DNA from: a virus
Taxonomy: Duplodnaviria; Caudoviricetes
Length of the DNA: 64,000 nucleotides
Virus record (IMG/VR): IMGVR_UViG_3300037067_001811
Span: 1 to 64,000 of that record
Strand: one strand, 5' to 3'
Position numbers and translations under genes: made by a program. Below the pieces are notes generated by a model that saw nothing but the letters and a program-made list of their open reading frames with translations, made no database searches and was not told where the DNA came from. Positions 58,452 to 64,000 of the stretch are shown piece after piece (positions within the stretch are counted from its first letter, which is position 1; each line of letters opens with the position of its first letter).

Positions 58452-59636
58452 ATGGCTAAGCTGGTCACGGTCGCAACCGATGGATTTCGAGACTACGTTT
58501 CCCTTCCAGGGGGGCGTCAGATCAATCTCGGATCAATATCGGTATTGAAGTTGGTCACCTCCTTAGTGAAGGGGGTCAACCCTTGTCGACGAGCTTTGAA
58601 CGCCTTCCTAAAAAATAGGCAAGTAGTCATCTCGGTGGACCTAGAGGAATTGGAAGACCTACTGAAGCCGAAGAGGTCTCGATGGGCCTGCCATGATGAT
58701 CTGTTTATCCCAAATGGTTTTCGTCAACTTGTTAGAGGCACTAGCATGAACCCAGAGACATCCCAAGCTGAAGCGATCAACCAGAAGATTGCAGCAATCG
58801 AAGAGGGGTTAGACCTTCTTGATAAAGCTGCAACTGAACATGCTAGTGAGGGTGAGGTTGCTGGCTTAGTTGCCTCCTTATCTAGTTTGGTCTCCGATTT
58901 AGGCAGTGATTCTATTGAGAAGACTGCTGCTGTTGATAAGGACTTGATGCAGGAGTTGCTCCTTTTCATGGAGAATGAAGACTCCATCTTCAACCAGAAG
59001 GAAAGCATCATCAAGAACATCATGCGCAAGAAGAAGCGTGGTGTTTATGATCCTTCCCTTGCCCCCAAGCTTTGGCTGTACTGGGTTGATAACGGAGCGG
59101 TAGCTTACGTTAAGAAGGGGGGCATCAATACCCCGGGGAAGAAGTACTTCCCTATTGAACTCCGTAGGGCATTGGCAGAGCAGATTGCCAAGAGTGAAGA
59201 GAAGATGATTGAGGATGGTGATTACAGCTCAATCAAGGTAGCTGGGGATGAGCAGGATCAGGGTCAAGTTGATCAGGTCCAGGGAAAAGAAGCTGGTGAG
59301 GACAAGGATGAAGGCGAGGACAAGAAGAAGTCCCTACCCCCTTGGTTAGAGAAGAAGGAAGCTTCTACCCCTGTTTACTACAAGCTCGCTGCTGCGGATG
59401 TACCTGTTATCAACGAAGCCCTTGCCCATTCGGTCATGGCTAAGATCGATCTAGCTCTTGGAGTGGTAGATACCAGCACCAAGAAGAACGCTCATCTGGC
59501 TAAGAGTGACCTGAATAAGATTAGCAGCCAGCTTTCAACGCTTATTACAGGTGCGGATCTTGGAGACCCGACTCTCTGTACTCCTCTCAAGGAGTTGGCC
59601 GTGATGGCCGATAAGATTCACACACATTTCAGCTGA
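58452..59636 (+). CDS. Multidomain protein with KxA-flanked modules (possible head-cargo polyprotein)
   Basis: EKTAA-[ELLLFMEN...YD..LAPKLW]-IKVAG; KEAG, KEAS, KLAA; LPPWLEKK. Confidence 0.7.
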   Translation: MAKLVTVATDGFRDYVSLPGGRQINLGSISVLKLVTSLVKGVNPCRRALNAFLKNRQVVISVDLEELEDLLKPKRSRWACHDDLFIPNGFRQLVRGTSMNPETSQAEAINQKIAAIEEGLDLLDKAATEHASEGEVAGLVASLSSLVSDLGSDSIEKTAAVDKDLMQELLLFMENEDSIFNQKESIIKNIMRKKKRGVYDPSLAPKLWLYWVDNGAVAYVKKGGINTPGKKYFPIELRRALAEQIAKSEEKMIEDGDYSSIKVAGDEQDQGQVDQVQGKEAGEDKDEGEDKKKSLPPWLEKKEASTPVYYKLAAADVPVINEALAHSVMAKIDLALGVVDTSTKKNAHLAKSDLNKISSQLSTLITGADLGDPTLCTPLKELAVMADKIHTHFS

Positions 59637-59674
59637 CCTGTGCAGTAATTGGAAACTAAGGACGGAGTTTAACA

Positions 59675-60400
59675 ATGGGATCTCCTCGAGAACTTGACAC
59701 TTTCATCTACCGCATGGGTACTGCTCCTAACACTAGGGTTGCAGTTTCGCAAAAAAACAAGGTATTTTCTTACATGGTAGGCAAAAACAAGTTCCAACAG
59801 ATCGGTGTGGTCTCGGAATTTGGATTTGATGAGTCCAGGACCATTGATCCGGTGCGTGGGGTTGGTTTTGGTGACATGGTGGCCGAATTGGTCCCTGGTG
59901 TCACTGAGCCGATGACTCTCACGCTTAACAGGACCCTCCTGTACACCGTGAACATCTTCCAGACGTTGGGTTACAAGGGTGGCGTGGAGGGCCTAGTCAG
60001 GTCTCTTCGACACCACAGGTGGCCCTTTGACATCAAGCAAGAGCTGGTCTTCAGTGAGATCAGTTCCAAGGAGGATATCAGTGGTGTGCCACTGGCTCCG
60101 AAGAAGGCCACTACTCAGCCGCAGGGTGTCAACAACATCTACGCCTCTGAGATCAAAGCCCTCTTCACCTTCTTTGAGGGTTGCTGGTTGAACAGCTACT
60201 CCGCTTCGTTCACCTCGGATTCAGCTATCGTAGCAGAGAACAGCTCTGTAACTGTAACTGACATCATTGATGGTGTTTCGAATTACGGAGAGTTCATTGA
60301 CTCCGGTCTATCTCCTGCTGGTGGTGGTTCTGCTGGTGCTGGTTACTCACTCCGCTTTGCGGGTGGTACTCAGCCGGCTACCAACGTCACTGGAGCGTAG
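59675..60400 (+). CDS. Tail tube protein
   Basis: IG.V..F...ESR.....RG.G.GD...ELVPG; WPFDI; FEGCW..SYS; lies upstream of chaperones and tape measure. Confidence 0.8.
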   Translation: MGSPRELDTFIYRMGTAPNTRVAVSQKNKVFSYMVGKNKFQQIGVVSEFGFDESRTIDPVRGVGFGDMVAELVPGVTEPMTLTLNRTLLYTVNIFQTLGYKGGVEGLVRSLRHHRWPFDIKQELVFSEISSKEDISGVPLAPKKATTQPQGVNNIYASEIKALFTFFEGCWLNSYSASFTSDSAIVAENSSVTVTDIIDGVSNYGEFIDSGLSPAGGGSAGAGYSLRFAGGTQPATNVTGA

Positions 60401-60621
60401 TGTAGAGGAGGCCCCCTAATCAACGGGGGCCTCAGATGAGATTGGACAAGCGGCATCGGATGTAAATGAAGATCACTTAGATCAGATCCAGATTATTTCC
60501 CCTCGGACTCCCTCACCGGAGCAAAGATTAGAACACCGAGACGGAATGTAGATGTACACTCACTGCTCTGCCGTACCCGCGAAGTCCTTCTCACACCATA
60601 TTTCTGTTGAAAGGGTGCGAG

Positions 60622-61719
60622 ATGGCAAAGAGATTACAAGCGAAGAAGATCACAGAAGCGCTCCAGAAAGCTCAGAGGGTTGGTGAGGTTGAAGAGCGTT
60701 TTTCTATATCAGGGTGTGAGGTTGTACTTAGAAGCCTCACCCCTGAGGAGTTTGAGTCGGTAATCACAGAGACTGAGGATCTTGACGAGGGTTTACCGTA
60801 CATTAATTCATTCAAGAAGGGTCACATCTGTCGGTCCTTGGTTGAGGTGAATGGGGAAAGCCTTCGTGAGTATGACTTTGTTGATGTAGAGGTTGAGTCT
60901 ACCGACATAGCTACCAAGCAAGTCACTCAGAAGGTTGTAGCCCTAGAGCGGCATAGGTTTGTGCTGGAGTACATCCTAGCAACTTGGTCTCGTGAGGCTA
61001 TTGACGTATCCTACCGTAAGTTCCTGGACCTAACCTCCAAGTCAGAGGCTGAGGCAGCGAAGGGGGTAGAGTTTACGCTTCCCGATGAGACCCCAGAGGA
61101 GAAATACCGTCGTCTGCTAATAGAGACGAAGGAGATTGAAGCCCAAATCCCCATAGAGTTAGCAACTCGCATCCTAGATGAAGTTGGTTATATGACCAAG
61201 TCTTCCAAGGAGGAGTTGGATCACGTAGATCAGGTACTCTCAAAGGTGGCAGAGGACACCTCTGATGAGCTCCAGGAAGAGCTTCAGAGGGAGCCTGTTC
61301 CAGTGGAGGCTCCTGCCTCAAGCACGGACCTGAGGTCTATGCTGCAGAGTAGGGTGCCTTTGAATCAGAGGTCGGTAGCTATCCCTGTACCAGTACCTCA
61401 ACCGGTGATGACTCAAACACCAGATCCTCAACCAGCACCTCGAGTGGTTTCTGGGCCAGCGCTTCCGATCACCCCAGAGGTGAGAAGGAGGGCTCAGGAG
61501 ATTAGTGCTCTTGAGTTCGGGATGGGTCTCGACTCGATGGACCCTGGGCCAGCTCTTCAGGGAGGTACCAGCTACACAGTACCCCCTCACCTTTCAGAGG
61601 GAGCTCAATTGCTTTCCGAGCCGGCGGTTAGGGTTGACCCTAACGGAGTCAATACTATTCTGGACCAACCTCCAGCAGTAGGGATAAACCCACGGTACAA
61701 GCCCCAACCTAAGTACTGA
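60622..61719 (+). CDS. Tail assembly chaperone
   Basis: Between tube and tape measure; VVLRSLT.EE pattern; acidic. Confidence 0.6.
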   Translation: MAKRLQAKKITEALQKAQRVGEVEERFSISGCEVVLRSLTPEEFESVITETEDLDEGLPYINSFKKGHICRSLVEVNGESLREYDFVDVEVESTDIATKQVTQKVVALERHRFVLEYILATWSREAIDVSYRKFLDLTSKSEAEAAKGVEFTLPDETPEEKYRRLLIETKEIEAQIPIELATRILDEVGYMTKSSKEELDHVDQVLSKVAEDTSDELQEELQREPVPVEAPASSTDLRSMLQSRVPLNQRSVAIPVPVPQPVMTQTPDPQPAPRVVSGPALPITPEVRRRAQEISALEFGMGLDSMDPGPALQGGTSYTVPPHLSEGAQLLSEPAVRVDPNGVNTILDQPPAVGINPRYKPQPKY

Positions 61720-61724
61720 AGGGT

Positions 61725-63029
61725 ATGGCAAGCCCGACCCTCAATGACCGAATCAATCAGATTGTAGAGGGTACCGAGGAAGACCTCGCCTCTCTTGAAG
61801 TGGATCCGGAAGACATCCGGATCTCAACTCCGAGGGAGCCCGAGGTCAACCCTGAGATCTATAGGGACGTAGAGAGTCTTCTCTTCAGAGGCTTTCTGAT
61901 CCTCCCGGCTACAATCAATGGTGCGCAGTTCATCTTTAAGTCGATGAACCACCATGAGTTTGAGTACTTGAGTTGGGTCTCTGGTGGCACAGCTACTGGT
62001 AAGACCATCGATAGGTACTACAGTTCATTCATCTCTTACGGGGTGTTCATGATTGACGGTCAGAACATTCTGCCTAACCGAGAGCAATGGATACCTCAAA
62101 TTGAGGAAGCTTTTGAAAGCTTCTCTCCTCAGGTGAAATCCAAGATCATTCGGTACTTGTCCGAAGTGAATCAGAAAGCCTCTAATGCGATATCTCTGAC
62201 GGAGGCTTTCTGTATTGAGCAAGTGTCTCGGTTCAAGTGGGCTCAGTACAAGAACTTGGATCTCATGCGGTCTTCTTGTACTGGGGTTGAGGGTAGCGAG
62301 AAGCTAGGGCTTAATTATGCTCAATTAGTATGGAGAGCCCTGAATCACTATGAAGACCTTAGGGATACTGCGGAGAGGGAGTGGGATAACGCTAAGTTCA
62401 TTGGGTCATGCTTCGCAGGAAAAGAGATCAAGAAGGTCTATAGTCAGGATAAGGACCGACGTCAGAAAGAGCGTGAGGAGAAGCTGAAGAGAAGAGACCA
62501 ACTTATCCGTCAGGTAGTCCTCAGGGAGAAGCCAGGGGAAGCTGAGAATAAGGGTCGTTACAGCATGACGGTGGCTAGGACTACAGAAGAGCTAGCTAGT
62601 CAGCTTGAGAAGGATCTTCGTGGTGAGAAAGACTGGCATGACCAGATAGTTGCAGCTGAGGAAGCCAGGATTAAGGCTCAGATCAAAGATCGTCAAGTAA
62701 AGCTCCAGACTCTCATGAAGGATAAGAACCAAGAAGGCGTTCTTCCTTACATGGCTTCCACTAGTTTGGAAGGTCTTTCCCACGAGGAAGTGCAAGAACG
62801 GATCACTAGGAAGAAGCAACTTCAAGCTCAGCAATCAGCATCTCGTATGGTTTTCCCGGAGATGCAGGATGAGAGGTTTGAGGGTTTTCTTCAGAAGTAT
62901 GTGGATCCTGACGACACTACTTATCAGGGGACTGGAGTGAGGTCTACACTTGGTGTGACCGACCGTGACGCCTCAGAGATTCAACCTCTGCCTCCGCCGA
63001 GACCTAGAGCAACCCCATTTCGAAAGTAA
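61725..63029 (+). CDS. Second tail assembly chaperone-like protein
   Basis: Directly precedes the tape measure; FKSMN..E, Q.VW..LN..ED. Confidence 0.55.
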   Translation: MASPTLNDRINQIVEGTEEDLASLEVDPEDIRISTPREPEVNPEIYRDVESLLFRGFLILPATINGAQFIFKSMNHHEFEYLSWVSGGTATGKTIDRYYSSFISYGVFMIDGQNILPNREQWIPQIEEAFESFSPQVKSKIIRYLSEVNQKASNAISLTEAFCIEQVSRFKWAQYKNLDLMRSSCTGVEGSEKLGLNYAQLVWRALNHYEDLRDTAEREWDNAKFIGSCFAGKEIKKVYSQDKDRRQKEREEKLKRRDQLIRQVVLREKPGEAENKGRYSMTVARTTEELASQLEKDLRGEKDWHDQIVAAEEARIKAQIKDRQVKLQTLMKDKNQEGVLPYMASTSLEGLSHEEVQERITRKKQLQAQQSASRMVFPEMQDERFEGFLQKYVDPDDTTYQGTGVRSTLGVTDRDASEIQPLPPPRPRATPFRK

Positions 63030-63032
63030 GCC

Positions 63033-64000
63033 ATGCCAGCCAACAAGGAAGAACTTGAGCTAGCGTTCAAGATTGAGATGGAGACCAAAGAGGCTCTTAA
63101 GGGCGTTGCTGGGATTGACAAGGCCCTTAGAGGGATAGTCAACCGCAAGATCAACCTTAAGGGGTTTGATTCCAAGGGGCTTAGGGATTTTAGGAAAGAG
63201 GCGGTTGCGACTGCTAAGGGTATTAACGAGGTTGTTATGTCCATGTCTCCTAAGAATAGGGGAAAGTTGGATAAGGACATCAAGGACGTTGAGCACTCTT
63301 ACAAGGAATTGCTAAAAGTTACCCGTAAGGAGAGGCAGAAGGTTGCTAAAGTCGAGAAGACTATCAGTAATTCATCCTCTAAGGAGGAGGAGAAGTCAGC
63401 TAGGGAGGAGTTAATTCGTGTCAAGAAGACTGGTGCAAAGCTTGTTAGTGAGCACAAGAGAAGCTTCCTGAAGTCACGGAGATCTCTCTCGACTCGGATG
63501 GCTAACGTTGGAGCTCCTGCTGATATTCAGAAGAGAACTGAGAGTGCAAAGAATACTCGAGATTGGGTAGCTCGGGATAAGAGTCAGCAGTCCAAAAAAG
63601 ATAAGGATGCACAGGCGTTTGTTGAGGGTATTAAGGGTGGTAACCTTGGTAAGGATATGGCTGAGGGGTTTGGCGATGCCCTGAGTGCTATGAAGGGGAA
63701 GGATATATTTGGTCTTGCCAAGGCGGGTTACAAGGTCTCAGCTGGCCTCATGAAGGGTGGTGCCCGGGTTTCGATGAGGCATGGGGAGGGTTTGGAGTCT
63801 AGGGGTGTTGCTCGAGCAGGTAAGGGTGGGATAGGGAACAAGGCTATGGGTGGTGCCATGAAGGGCATCGGCAAGGCCATGCAGTCGATTGGACCACTCC
63901 TTAATTCCTTATCTAAGATCCTACCAATTCTTGGTATGGTTGGCGGAGCTATCTTCAGTTTGGTGAAGCTTTTCCTTGATGCTGATGCTGCTGTCAAGGA
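63033..64000 (+). CDS. Tape measure protein (5' part, runs off the window)
   Basis: ATG 63033 (MPANKEELELAFKIE), apparently open to the window end; K/A/G-rich helical with amphipathic GAMKGIGKAM..ILPILGMVGGA; absent from the ORF track because it has no stop. Confidence 0.8.
   Translation, partial: MPANKEELELAFKIEMETKEALKGVAGIDKALRGIVNRKINLKGFDSKGLRDFRKEAVATAKGINEVVMSMSPKNRGKLDKDIKDVEHSYKELLKVTRKERQKVAKVEKTISNSSSKEEEKSAREELIRVKKTGAKLVSEHKRSFLKSRRSLSTRMANVGAPADIQKRTESAKNTRDWVARDKSQQSKKDKDAQAFVEGIKGGNLGKDMAEGFGDALSAMKGKDIFGLAKAGYKVSAGLMKGGARVSMRHGEGLESRGVARAGKGGIGNKAMGGAMKGIGKAMQSIGPLLNSLSKILPILGMVGGAIFSLVKLFLDADAAVK

Noticed and set aside
60622-63029. Programmed frameshift joining the two tail chaperones
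   Set aside because: No clear slippery heptamer was seen at the junction, and the second gene has its own AAGGG plus ATG
268-63997. Minus-strand and alternate-frame ORFs in the ORF track (e.g. 2854..3600 Leu-rich, 9544..9975, 57188..57442 poly-Thr)
   Set aside because: They are shadows of + strand genes and repeats, with no SD or recognisable motifs

Overview
This window is the virion-morphogenesis region of a large (jumbo-type) contractile-tailed dsDNA bacteriophage. GC is about 50% by eye, and every credible gene is on the + strand. Gene order: prohead protease, Q-rich scaffold, decoration protein, HK97-type major capsid protein, head-associated proteins, fibre/whisker proteins, neck proteins, tail completion, sheath, a ~9.5 kb insert with UvrD, tube, two tail chaperones, and the start of the tape measure. 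Interspersed are seven free-standing homing-type endonucleases (one fused to a DNA methyltransferase), two inteins, HU, a Dps/ferritin-like protein, an actin-like ATPase and a patatin phospholipase. The most interesting signals are five. (1) A recurrent K/R-x-A motif punctuates the scaffold and flanks discrete domains in several late proteins, suggesting protease-processed head-cargo polyproteins. (2) A repeated non-coding leader (GC hairpin plus 5-6 nt periodic AGAT-like tracts) precedes seven genes. (3) A LAGLIDADG endonuclease is fused to a methyltransferase. (4) Endonuclease genes carry their own promoters plus start-occluding hairpins. (5) There are two distinct putative phage promoter motifs. 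All functional calls come from motifs recognised by eye and from gene order; no database search was run.
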